Shown here: piece by piece, positions 1-11,916 of the stretch | How positions within the stretch are numbered: position 1 is the stretch's first letter | How the letters are laid out: every line of letters starts with the position of its first letter | Assembly: GCA_002633005.1 (NCBI GenBank) | Contig: NMRA01000073.1 | Coordinates: 62,001 to 126,000, forward strand | Direction of reading: 5' to 3' | DNA length: 64,000 nt | From: Phoronis australis | Lineage: Eukaryota; Animalia; Phoronida | Translations under genes and position numbers: made by a program | Notes under the pieces: generated by a model | The model's input: the letters and a program-made list of their open reading frames with translations, nothing else | The model's database searches: none | Told to the model about the DNA's origin: nothing

Positions 1-3000
1 AGCTCTTCTCAAGGCCGTGACAAGGTTAAGATGGGCTTTGTTCTTCAATTAGCATTACGGAACACAAATTTCTCAGGTTTTTATACCCGTTGTCTGTGTA
101 ACTAATCTCAATGGACATTCACATGTTGTTCGTTATAATGCCTTCAGAATTACCGCTCGGCCCCGGACATAGTGAACGAGGAGGGTGATGGTGACGAGCG
201 TGTGTCCAGCCTACGTGACCAACTGGAGCGCACCACCAGCCTGTGTCAGTCACTACTTCAGGACCAGCAGGCACTCTCTGATGCACTTCAGGGGGCCACC
301 ATCTCAGGTAAGACCAGGTCCAGATAGCAGGGGCCTGACGACAGGTGTTGCCAATTCTTCAACTGATACTGTTGGTTCGACTTTTGGTCGTCTAACTTCT
401 GTAAAGTTGTCATGGCTAAGAATCCAAAAGAAAGTTAGTGTTGATTTAATAAATAACTTCCAATTTTTACTGGAAATTAAACAGGTTTTCATTAGAAGAA
501 AATTCACCGATTTTTTGGTATTACCATTTTTTTTTTATCTTCTTTCTTACTGACAGCTTGGTTCTGTGTTTTTATTAGTGAATATGTGAACAAGATTGGT
601 TTGCATTGTTTCCCTGATGTCTGTAGTTAATGCATTGTATGTTCAGGTCCATCTGACTATCACAAATTAGCTGATAATGATTGTTGTAGGTGACAGCCCT
701 TACCGGTCCAGTATGTTACACAACCTGATGTCTCAACACCAGGCACAGCTGCAGCAACAGCAGCTCATGTTCTCTCTCAACCAGTGTTACAGCCAGCTGT
801 ATGCCCAACAGGGGGAGATACGGCGTCAGCAGGAACAAATCCAGCATTTGATCCAGCAGACGGAGACCGACATCGACAATCTCAATATGGACGACTCGGA
901 TGCAAACCCCTATGCCTCTGGCGCCTATCAGCGTCCGATGAGTGCCCAGAGCCCGTGGAACCCTTATGTGTCTGCTCCCTACCCGAGTCCATTCATGTCA
1001 CCCTATGCATCCCCAGGCATGCCAATGTATCCACCAATGGCAGGGTTCTACAACCAGCCGTTTAACTTCAGCCCTCAGTTCCCGTCCAATTTCAACAGTC
1101 CGTTTCGCTCGGCCAGCGCTGACCAAGATGTGGGGAGACAATATTCTACAACTGGACAGCAGACTGAGAGCCCGCAAGGTGCCACAGCAAGGCAACCGAT
1201 GTTTGTGGACCGGGCTGCTGGTGGCACCCCCACAAGGGGCTACATGGCGTCGAGCCACCCCACTAAGCCAGCCAAACTACCAGTGCAGGCCCAGCCTGTA
1301 GAGGTTCCCAAGCTTAACCTGGAGGAGATTCTGCGCCGGAGATATCGCAGCCGAAGGTGGGATTTAGGATTAAATTATTGATCACAAGTTGTAAAATCTT
1401 TGACAACAGTCTGAGACTGAAAATTTTGATTTGTGTGTGAAAACATTGATAGTGCTTTCTGAAGTGTTTGTATAGCAACATCATTTTGTGACTGCACTAT
1501 GTAATGTAATCAGTGCATGGTTTGTATTGGCAACTATATTTTTCCATCATAATTACATTATCGTGCACTACTGGTTAAACCTGTACCAGCCAGGGGGTTG
1601 TTTTTGCATAACATTGAAAGTTGCTTTTGAAATGTGTTTATAAAGCTTAAATGCCAATTACTGTGTGACTGCTTTAAGTAATGTCGAGTTCTGTTTAATA
1701 TCCGTCGTAGAGCTAATGCAAGGGACAGCTCAGCACGTTCCCAACAGTCGATGGTGTCTGAGACATCCAGCCAGCAGGTTTCCAATCGAGCGTACCCTCC
1801 GTTCAACCCATTTGACCAACCAGGTCATCTCAGTGGTGGTATCAGTGGCACTGCATTCATGGACAATGCCAGCATGTCAAGTGTCATGTCTAGCATAAGA
1901 GACAAGCAAGAGGCTATAGCAAGGGCCACTAGTGAAAGGTGAGTAAGAACGCTTGTGTGTGGTCAGTGAGTGTGCCTGATATGGGCTTGTGTGTGGTCAG
2001 TGAGTGTGCCTGATATGGGCTTGTGTGTGGTCAGTGAGTGTGCCTGATATGGGCTTGTGTGTGGTCAGTGAGTGTGCCTGATATGGGCTTGTGTGTGGTC
2101 AGTGAGTGTGCCTGATATGGACTTGTGTGTTGTCATGATTGGCACATTGGGCAGATAGATAACTGTGTAAAGCACTGAAAATTAGACTTGACACATCTGT
2201 GGATTGAAGTAATTCACGTCTGGTGATCATTCTAAGATAGCTTTGGCAGGTTGAAATCCATTGGTGGAAGGCTACATTTCATTGTTAGTGATACCTTAAA
2301 AGGAATTCTATAGTTTAAAACTGCACTTTCTCACCATTTAGCTGTCAAAATGAAGTAAGCCACTTATGCATATAAAGTCAGTCTTGTGATATTCCTTACT
2401 TATCTTGCTGCCAGCAAAACACTAAGTGACTCAAGAAAACACTTCATAGATAATCGGCAGCATTTTTTGCTAGGAAGTGTATTGTGACAAAAAAATCTTG
2501 TTGTTTGCACTTCCTTGCAGAAGTTTTGTTCCAAGCTGAGCACGTACTGATTTAAAACCTGCTACTTCCAGGTCCGAATCATACCGTGAATCAGATGCTC
2601 CCAGTGAGTTCTCACTGTTTGAGGCTCTCCGGGAGACCATCTACTCTGAGGTGGCTACGCTGATCTCCCAGAACGAAAATCGGCCTCACTTCCTCATTGA
2701 GCTGTTCCGTGAGCTTCAGATGCTCTCCTCTGACTATCTTCGCCAGAGGGCGCTTTATGCGATACAAGATCTGGTCACACGATTTCTGACAGAGGAAACT
2801 GCCAGCGAGTCCATTTCTGCTGTAAGTCTTGATATGTGTAGTGAGTTTATGGCAACTTGATTTTCTGTAGTTTGACTGTATACCTTTGCTTTGCATCGCC
2901 GGTATCTTAAAAGTCAGTGGTGTTTCTTGCGATTTGATTGACATATCGTAGAGTGATTCTCAGACCTTAAATACTGCTGTGAGTTACAACCGGAGGAATT

Positions 3001-6000
3001 TTTTCCTGAATGAAGACATTTAGTAACGACAACGACTATCTTAGTTGACAAAAGCTCTGCACTTGTGGTGTTCGATTTGGCTAAACTGTCTTAATAACAT
3101 TCTTATCAGCTTGTTTGATAGTGAATACAAATCTCTTAAAATCTAACCAGACCTAGGTGTGCCCCTCACCCCCTCCCCTCTCCAGCATCTAACAGCATGT
3201 CTTATCTCCCCTGCTGTAGCCCCCACCCCCCTGGTTGAACCAACAGAACATAACCACTGGCTCAGAGCACACTCCAAGTGAAAGCCTTATAACTACAGAT
3301 GAAGAAGAGGTGAAGGTGAGACAGTCGATAGTACAGATAGTACAGTCAAGGTTTATTGTTAACCTTGTTACTTAGAATGGATGAATACCTGCAGTGTAAA
3401 TTCGAAATTATGCCAGTGTCGGTTATGGAAATTTCACACTATTGTTTGAAAACAATGCCAAATGCAATAGCTGTTAATACACGGCAATGATGTGAGAAAA
3501 AGTGTTTTCTACTGATGTGTATGCTGACAGTGTAAACTGAGACGGAGTTACAACAGTTGAGATTGATTGCCTTTGCAAGTCTTATTTGACAGCATCAAAG
3601 AAAATCATGAGAAAGAGAGCTCATCTTCATTATCAATTTCCAAAATATCACAGCGAATGCCTAGTAATTCTTTGCTTAGATATTTTACTGTTCTATGTTG
3701 TGTTATCTGGTAAAATTTGGGTGAAAGAAACAAGTGCCCACTCCTACATAATACTGTCTTATGGTCAGCGTTGTTTGTAGTTAGTAGGGATGTGGTATAC
3801 CAGTCTTGACTTAGTTCGGCCAGTTCTGTGTTTGTTAAGCACCATGTTTGATACAGGTCAGAAGCGTTGTACAGATTTCGGTGAACCTTTGGGTTTAGGC
3901 CATTGCCTAGGCCTACCACTGCTTGCTAAATGACCCTACTAATTTGAAGAAAAAAGGGCAAATTACAGTTCTTGAGTGAATGTTTGCTGCAGTATAATAC
4001 ATATAAATTCTGCCCTTGAACTTCAGCTCTGTAAGTTCTTTCAGAAATGTATTCCAAGAATGCTAACCTGGGAATAATTTAACGTTTAAATGATAATTAT
4101 TGCTACAGGCAAGACTAATGGGGTTTGATAGAAAGTATGCCCTCAACATGCACAGGGATTACAAGCACTCTCTGGTCGCTGGCTCTGTGAAGAGTGACTG
4201 CTATGACTATGTGGAAACTGTAGACAGTCAGAGCTCCATGTCGACCCCACCCTCAGGCCACTGGGAGTCACCCTTTGCCCAGGATTCACTGGGAGACACT
4301 GTAATACACCTTGATAAGGTGAGCGGGCTGAGGCAGGCCTCAACCGTCAGGTGTTTGTACTGTCTTAGATGGGAGGGTTGTTGGCCAACTTGCTTCGTTG
4401 ATGAGGGAATGAATTTTGTTTGTTGTGCCCTGCCTTTTTTCATCGTGATGGTATTGTGTCAAAAAGTGGTGAGAGATTCAGAAAGTGTGTTTTGGATGAG
4501 AACAGTTGCTGCGCAGTTCATTCCCTTATGAGACGGCCCTCCCAGCTGCACTTTGTTGTGTATCAGTCAATGTTAGCTGCTGTTGAAATGCTGCTTGTTT
4601 GTTTTGATAGGACGACTACCTAGCTGCGCTTGCTAACCAAAGTCCGTTCTCCACATTAAGCATGGGCGACAGTCCCTTTGCCCAGGATTCGCTGGGGGAC
4701 ACCGTCATTCATTTTGATAAGGTACCCAAGGGCTCTCTGTCTTCTGACTCCACTCTGATGCTCTTTGTCTCTGCTTATGGAATACTTCACTTACTGTGTG
4801 CTTTTAGGTCGTTGTCTTGAAGACCTGTTTCTTCTGATACCTTAGTTTATTTCTTTCCAGTAGTTGTGTGGTGTGTGCATTGTTTTCAGAAATAATTTAC
4901 TTGGTCCTTTGCTGATCTGTCTTCAGACTCTGTTACAACAAGCAGCATTTCAAAACATGGCAAAGTTTATTATACCTCTGTAGTGGTCTACCCTGAGAGA
5001 TATAAACTTGTTATTTTGTGTACCAGAAAAGTTTTAAACTGGAATGTTTTCCGTGTGATTTTATCAATACCTGATTGATGTTGTCTTCTCATTCTATTGA
5101 TGTTAAATGCAGAGTGCAGTTTTGTAAAAAAATTACATGTCTGTTGTAACATTGTAGGTACGAGATCTGTTTGACAAAATGGAGGCTTAATAAAGTATCA
5201 ACCGCAATCAAAACTTTATTGCAAATTGTCAATTGGTGGTTAATATTTTACTTAAAGGCTATGCAAAGGATGCGTGAATATGAGCGCAAACTGAAGGAAC
5301 AGGAGGCCAAAGAGCAGGCTGGGCCATCTAGACAGCTTGCAACTGACACAGCCTCTGAGGTGACTAGCAGCTCGGCCCAGGACCAGGGGAGTGAAAGCTC
5401 TGTGTCGGATGTCCCTGTAAGTTGAATAGAGTCTGTAATCTTTGATTGTTGTCCTCAAATACTAAGTGAAATTTTAAATATGATATTAATCAGCACTTTG
5501 AACATGGTTATGATACAGTTAGTGTATGTTGTAGCAGTCTTTTGTAAAGGGAGAGATTGCTACTGTGCTTGTTCCTTCCATCAGACTTTCTACATAGGGC
5601 ATCGGTCACAGATCGGTCAAGTTCTATTGAAATATCGTCAAAACTGGGAGCAGAGCAATGGCCATGTTCCTTGAAGATAGACATTTCACATTTCAGCCGT
5701 GAAGGTTCTATGATCCTATACAATTCTGTGATGTAAGATTCAATTACATTTCAGTATCCGCGTATTGACACTCAGCAGCTGGACCGTCAAATCAAAGGTA
5801 TCATGACGGAGGTGATCCCTGTGTTGAAGGAACATATGGATGATGTCTGTTCACAGCAGCTACTCTCCTACATAAAGAGGCTGGTGTTGACACTGACTAA
5901 ACAGCGCGACGACGGCCAAGAGTTCGTCCGCTTCTTTCACAAGCAGCTTGGCTCCATCCTGCAAGACTCACTCTCAAAGTTTGAAGGGCGCAAGTGAGTA

Positions 6001-9000
6001 GGGTGTTGTATGACGTAACCATGCCTGCTTAATCAGGCTATGTTGTTAGTAAATGTCTTAGCTTAAATAGAAATTGTTTAAAGCTGTTATTAAAGTACAG
6101 ATTAGTAAATACATCTAGTATTTGTATACCAAATCACTATACATACTGTTGAGCTGACTATCGTAACACTTACCATGCATAGAATGATAGTCTAGTAATT
6201 TCCACTCAAGGACTTCAATCTTTAAAAAAGAATGTTTTATCTGAGTTCTTTTTAAGCCAGAAATCACTTCTGAGTAAGGTATTAGCTGAAACCCTGTTAC
6301 ATCTGAGCTTGTGTATTGAGGCTTAAAGAGTGAATTTTTTGACATTTGAAGTGCTTCAATACAAACCTTACATTTTAATTTTAGTCAACATCATACTATT
6401 GACAAACAGTAGTGTTGTTACAACTACATTTCTGTTCCTTCTCCACCAGGATGCGTGAATGTGGGGAAGACCTCCTAGTGGACATGTCCGAGATCTTATT
6501 CAACGAACTCGCCTTCTTCCGTCTTATGCAAGACTTGGATGATCCTAAGATCAAGAGTCAGGCCAGACAAAAGTGGACTGCAGTAAGTGCGCGTGTTACT
6601 TCGTTATTTACTGAAGGTTGTGTTTTGAAGGTGGGATTCTTGTGCCTTGTCATTTCAGTCCCACACGAATGGCTGGGAAAACTTGGACAACTTTTATGTG
6701 CTGTGTAACTGGTGAACTGATGTACTCATTTATGAACCATTATACAGTTAAAATTGATAATTTGAGTCAGTGCCAACTTATTCCTTTGGAGACTTATAAT
6801 GCATGTGAATTAATGATGGTTATATTGGTATAATATGTAAACACAAATAGCATAGCGTGTTGTAATTCTGCATGTAAACACAAACGGTATGATGTGCCCT
6901 GAGGCTTCATGTAAAACAAGAATCAGAATTATTTTGCACAATGATACATCGGCTCAAGTAAGGGATTGATTAATCATTGAATCACGGTGATACAAAATCA
7001 AAACTGACACAGAAGGAAGTGTGGAAGCAGCTAAAGCAGGTAAACAACCTGTATTGTAGGGCTTTGGAATGACTCTCATCCACGTCCGCTCTCTCTCTTG
7101 CAGCGTGGCGACGTGGGTGACCAGTCGGATACTAGCCATGACGAGAATGCAATTGGACTTGGCCGAGTCCATTTCACCACTGTTCATAACTCGTCTTGTT
7201 CTGGTTTACAGCGAGGCGGTGGCGACACGGAGACATCGACAGAAACTAGTGTTGACGTCGGTGACCAAGACAACCAGGACACAACTACACAGGAAGGTCA
7301 GAGTGAGGTTGACGATGAGGACCTGGAGGAGGATGAGTTGGGAAAGGTAGGATCTGAGGATGGGCGATGTGGGATTAGGTGAAACATCAATTTTTGTTTG
7401 TTGACGTTTTAAGGACGATGATAAATGCATGAATTATTCATTGTTAAGCTAATTGTTTCAACATGTTTACTTCTTGCGACTCTTAAACATTCTTGAACTG
7501 GCCCTTCATAGCTTGGAACGTGTTTAGTTACTAATGTGTGAACACACACATTCCTAAACTCATGGTAGCTTTAAGTGGAGGTAGCTATTATTTACTTAAT
7601 GTGTAAATTACTTGCCCTGTTGCTGGTCTTAAATCACTTTAAATACGCCATTTATAGAAGTGTGCTTAATATTGGTTTATTTCAGGAAAGGGATGACGAA
7701 CTTGCTAATGCTACAGAAATAAAGGACACTCCGTCAAAGATGAAAATTGAACTTTCTGTCAGTGAAACTAAGCCCTTTACCAGGTAAATTAACGTGTATT
7801 ATTTGCAGTGTATTTGTTTCTGGCTTTGAACCTGTATCTGTCTCGTGCAGACTGTAGAACATTATACTAATTCATAGGTCACTGAATTAAAGTTGTGTTA
7901 TGAAACAAAATGAAACACTTCAACTCGTTAAAGTCTTTGCTTTTTTAATTTAAGTTACGCTTATGTATGAGCTTGCGTAAGGTCTATAATCTCTGGGTCT
8001 TGTTCTTCATCTCTTGGGAGTCACGTATCACCTTATAGACAAGTCTGTAAATTCAGCCAAAGTACAAAAATTAAAGGATATCTTTTGTGAAATGAGCAAG
8101 CCTGAGAATTTGACTTTTGACTTTATATCAGTCTGTCACATTTTCTGACAGTGTTTTGTATCAAGTATAGGATGTGAAAGTTTCATTTTGTATAGAATCG
8201 GCTATTTCTGAGATATGATTTTCCGAAGGTCGCCAAATTTGGAATTTTTCTAGGTCCTTACTTAAACTTAAGCAGACATTATTGACACACTATTGTATAT
8301 CTGAGATCAACCCAAGATGAATTTGAATACACTACTTATGCACAGTTAGAAACTAGTAGAGCTAAAAGCTAATGTGGCAATAAATCAAGTATTTTAGGTG
8401 TATTAAATTTAAAGGTCAAGCGTAATTCTACTGAGTGACTGGAAGTCTACATCGCAGTTTAGTGATTTCTTCAACAAAAACTGCTGATTTAGGAAATTCC
8501 GTGTTTGAAATAGTGCTGCGGAAAACACTGGTCGAAAAAGTAATTGGACAAATTACCGTTTCCCGTAATGACAGCTAATTCTGTTAACAGCAAAGTGACT
8601 TGTAATAACTATTAGGTTGGCAAATTTCTAATTACAGAATGGCTTAGCCACCAATCTAACTTTACTACTTCATTTTCAGTCGTGAGGGAAGGCTACCCTG
8701 ACGATGAATTCTGCTTCCGCCAAACCGTCACGACGGGGAAGTCCAGATAATTTTGTCTGAATACTCACGGCCTGTACTCTACGTGAATGTTTTTTCTCTT
8801 GTCTCAGAATTGGCAGTGACGAAGATGAAGATGATGAAGATGAGTCCTGCTCAATGGAGGATCCTTCAGAAACGGCTGTGTCACGTGACCTTGAGATGGA
8901 GAAATCGTCGGAGACTGTTGTTGAGGCAGAGCGTGGTGCCGGTGATGGAGCTGGGTCACCATTCAAGGATGGCGGCGCAGCAGTGCGTGCTAGCTCACCA

Positions 9001-11916
9001 CAGAAAGGAGACGTAGTGGTGAATGGCGAGGTGAGTCGGTGGGATGGTGAAATGTTGCGAGTTAGTGGTGGGTAATATTAAGTCCGTAGAATTTTACTAA
9101 TTACTTATTTTAGTGGGTAATCTACAGTTATTTGGTCCTCAATGTTTGAGATGTCAGTTGTAATTAGCAGGTGACACTCTTGGGTCAAGAATATTATTAT
9201 GCATGAGATGGTGGACCTAGTTGAAATTGATTTTCTTTTAGGCAGGAAGTGAATTGTCTGTTCATCTGATGGATTTTATGTTCTTGTAAGGTGTTGCAAA
9301 GCGTATAATGTACTGCTGTCAAATTAGCTCTTTTTCGGAAGAGTTTGTATTGCTTATCATTGCAAAAGCTGTTATTTTGTGTCCAGCTTCCACTGCTGGT
9401 CTTGAAAATGAAAATTTCACCTGCGTGCCCTATAAGTTGTCAGTAACTTCCTTGATTTTGACATTACTGTGTGATACTAAGAAATTTGTCTTTATTTGAT
9501 GAATAGGTTTAGTGGCCAGTGTTTGTTTTGATTGCTGCTAATTGTAGCACAGACTCTCCCACTAATCTTGATTACATTTTTCTAATTATATGATTGCCTG
9601 TCCTTATCCCGCTGATCTTGATTGCTCATTAATTCTTTTAGTTATAACACTGCCCTATCCAGTACTCTTGATTGCATATTTCTAATTATTACATTGCCCT
9701 ACCCACTAATCTTGATTGCATATTCTAATTATAACATTGCGCTACCCACTAATCTCCATTGCATATTTCTAATTATTACGTTGCCCCTTCCCAACACTTT
9801 TGCAGGTGGACACACAAGAGGTAACTATCGAAGATCTGCCAGAGAAACTGACTAGCCTGACACCAGCTGAGCTCCAGGACAAAATTGGTGAAGAGAAGGC
9901 GGAGGAAGCTGCGGCAGTGTTGGACAGTATGCCACAAGCTGGTCAGGGTGAACTAGCTGGCGATGGGGATACATTAAAGGAACCTGGTAAAGAGTGATAG
10001 TTTATTGGTTGATCAAGATAACATTCTACCGTAAAATATGCCTGAATTGAAAGTACAGAAGTCGAGTCTTCATAAGCTTGGTCATTTTGGCAACACGGTA
10101 GTTGTATTTTGTGCAGACGACCCTCACTTTCATTTTTCCTTACTCTGATGAAATCTTTCTGTTCCATTTGATCTGACTCGGGCAAGTTTTACTGTACTTT
10201 CTACAAGGTACACTTTGACTTTTTTCGAACAAGTGTTGCATGCAAATGCTCAGTTGTCAATTTGAGGCAGCTGTTGTAATTGTAATTGTAATAGTGAACC
10301 TACGGCTTGTCACATTGGGTCATCAGGTCCTTCATCTTTAATTTCTGTTTTCAAGTTTGCCATTGTGTTTGTTTTGTGTATTGCGTTTGAGGGTGGACTA
10401 GTCGCTGCAGTCTTGTTTGTATTTGAATACCAATGTCTTATTCCAGCCAAATAAGAATAAACGCATTCTCTGGACACAATAATTAATTGTCTGTAGCTTT
10501 GGCCTATAGTTGAGTTAACCAATAGCTGTAACTAAACCAATGGTGACACTGAACATGAACGGTATCCTTGTTTTAGCCTGACTGTCCTGGTTTAACCATC
10601 CACCTTACACTTTCTCTTTGTTTTGTTCTCCAGGCAGCTTACATTTACATATCGATAACAAAACGGCCATATATCAGAGGTCAGACTCCAAAAGCCAGGC
10701 TGCCGGTGACCATGTCCGTTAGGTTTTGGGGTAAAATTTTTTTTTGTGGCTTGCTTGCTGTAGTCTGCTGCGGTTCTGTTGTCTCGTTTCTTGGTTTCTC
10801 TAAATGTTCTTTTATTTTGTCTCATGTCGTTTTCTGTTTGACCAGGTTTTGGTTGTGTTGGAATCATTCCGTTCATGTGTCAGTTATGCACTCCAGCTGG
10901 TATTAACATTTAGTGTTTATCCAACACAGTGAATAAATCCTTAGGTTGTCAGTTATGCACTCCAGCTGGTATTAACATTTAGTGTTTACCTAACACATTG
11001 AATGAATCCTTAGGTTGTCAGTTATGCACTCCAGCTGGTATTAACATTTAGTGTTTACCCAACACAGTGAATAAATCCTTAGGTTGTCAGTTATGCACTC
11101 CAGCTGGTATTAACATTTAGTGTTTACCTAACACAGTGAATGAATCCTTAGGTTGTCAGTTATGCACTCCAACTGGTATTAACATTTAGTGTTTACCCAA
11201 CACAGTGAATAAATCCTTAGGTTACTAGTGACATCTTCACATTAGATTTATCTTTTTGACTGTGAATAATTAGATTTATCTTTTTGACTGTGAATAATTA
11301 GATTTATCTTTTTGACTGTGAATATGCATGCGGTTCTTTCTAACTTGCACTTGTGATAAGTGTTCTCATGTTTTTGTTATATTTAGTAGTGGTGCGTTTT
11401 GAGTGAATGTTTCACTATTTTTAAGTGCAGCAATTTCAATGCTACGTTGTAGTCATTCAGTGCTTTTGCTGTCTATGTGACCTAACTTGTAGTTAGCGTG
11501 TCTAAGCGTGAATTACGTTTTGCAAGCATTAACCACATGTTGGGCTCTTAGTCTGCCTGGAGAACCAATTTCTTTGTGGGACCTCGTCTTGCTCTTGTAA
11601 CAAAGACATGTTGTGGGCTTTCTGTATTGAGTTTGCTCTACCATGTCAAACTAGATTCAATTTTTGGGAAAAAATCAAAGCAACGCTTTAAAAAGATGCA
11701 TTAACACATAAAGTTGTTGCATTTCGTACACACAGGGAAGATTCACCGTTCTGATGAAGTGGTTTTAGCTCTCAATCTCTAAAATGGACCTTTTGTCATT
11801 AGCATCACTGTCAGAGTGAATATTGAGTTGCTCATTGCAATTTTCATCGTATCATCACTGTTAGTTTTCTTTTATTCTTTTCAGATCAAACAAGTACCGG
11901 TGGAACTGCTGTCTAA
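1..11916 (+). CDS. PCM1: Pericentriolar material 1 (PCM1), 3' part; 5' exons lie upstream of the window
   Basis: Phase-consistent GT-AG exons: <1-24, 148-307, 690-1356, 1711-1938, 2572-2821, 3220-3315, 4109-4318, 5258-5416, 5755-5993, 6450-6582, 7212-7346 (or 7104-7346), 7686-7783, 8808-9030, 9806-9986, 11885-11916. Translation has PCM1 C-terminal hallmarks: FSLFEALRETIYSEVATLISQNENRPHFLIELF, TPSESL.TTDEE, PFAQDSLGDTVIHLDKAMQRMREYER, PRIDTQQLDRQIK..M.EVIP.LKEHMD.VCS, FFHKQLGSILQDSL.KF.GRK, CGEDLLV..SE.LFNELAFF.LMQDLD, EDLP.KLT. Choice of last exon is inferred. Confidence 0.93.
1951..2135. repeat. 34-bp minisatellite, ~5.4 copies
   Basis: Unit gcttgtgtgtggtcagtgagtgtgcctgatatgg at 1951, 1985, 2019, 2053, 2087. 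Confidence 0.95.
4611..4721 (+). CDS. PCM1: Candidate PCM1 cassette exon paralogous to the 3' half of exon 4109-4318
   Basis: ttgttttgatag| 111 nt, open, phase 0-0, DDYLAALANQSPFSTLSMGDSPFAQDSLGDTVIHFDK |gtaccc. Confidence 0.7.
9555..9790. repeat. Degenerate ~45-bp tandem repeat
   Basis: Recurrent ccactaatcttgattgcatatttctaattata(a)cattgccct. Confidence 0.75.
10634..10722 (+). CDS. PCM1: Candidate alternative C-terminal PCM1 exon (GSLHLHIDNKTAIYQRSDSKSQAAGDHVR*)
   Basis: Long pyrimidine tract ending ttctccag at 10633; open in phase 1 matching donor at 9986; TAG at 10720-10722 directly followed by GT. Confidence 0.45.
10879..11223. repeat. 69-bp minisatellite, 5 copies
   Basis: gtcagttatgcactccagctggtattaacatttagtgtttacccaacacagtgaataaatccttaggtt repeated at 69-bp period. 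Confidence 0.95.
11241..11324. repeat. 28-bp tandem repeat x3
   Basis: attagatttatctttttgactgtgaata x3. Confidence 0.9.

Noticed and set aside
677-1381. 234-aa ORF as a stand-alone gene
   Set aside because: It is the internal PCM1 exon 690-1356 with splice sites in the correct phases
8697-8760. SECIS element or hammerhead ribozyme (CTGACGA, ATGA...AAA...GA)
   Set aside because: SECIS spacing and helix register do not fit and it is intronic; hammerhead GAAA and UH elements are missing
10879-11223. Regular repeat arrays (also 1951, 54148, 54620) as CRISPR arrays
   Set aside because: Head-to-tail units without unique spacers, no cas genes, eukaryotic intron context: minisatellites
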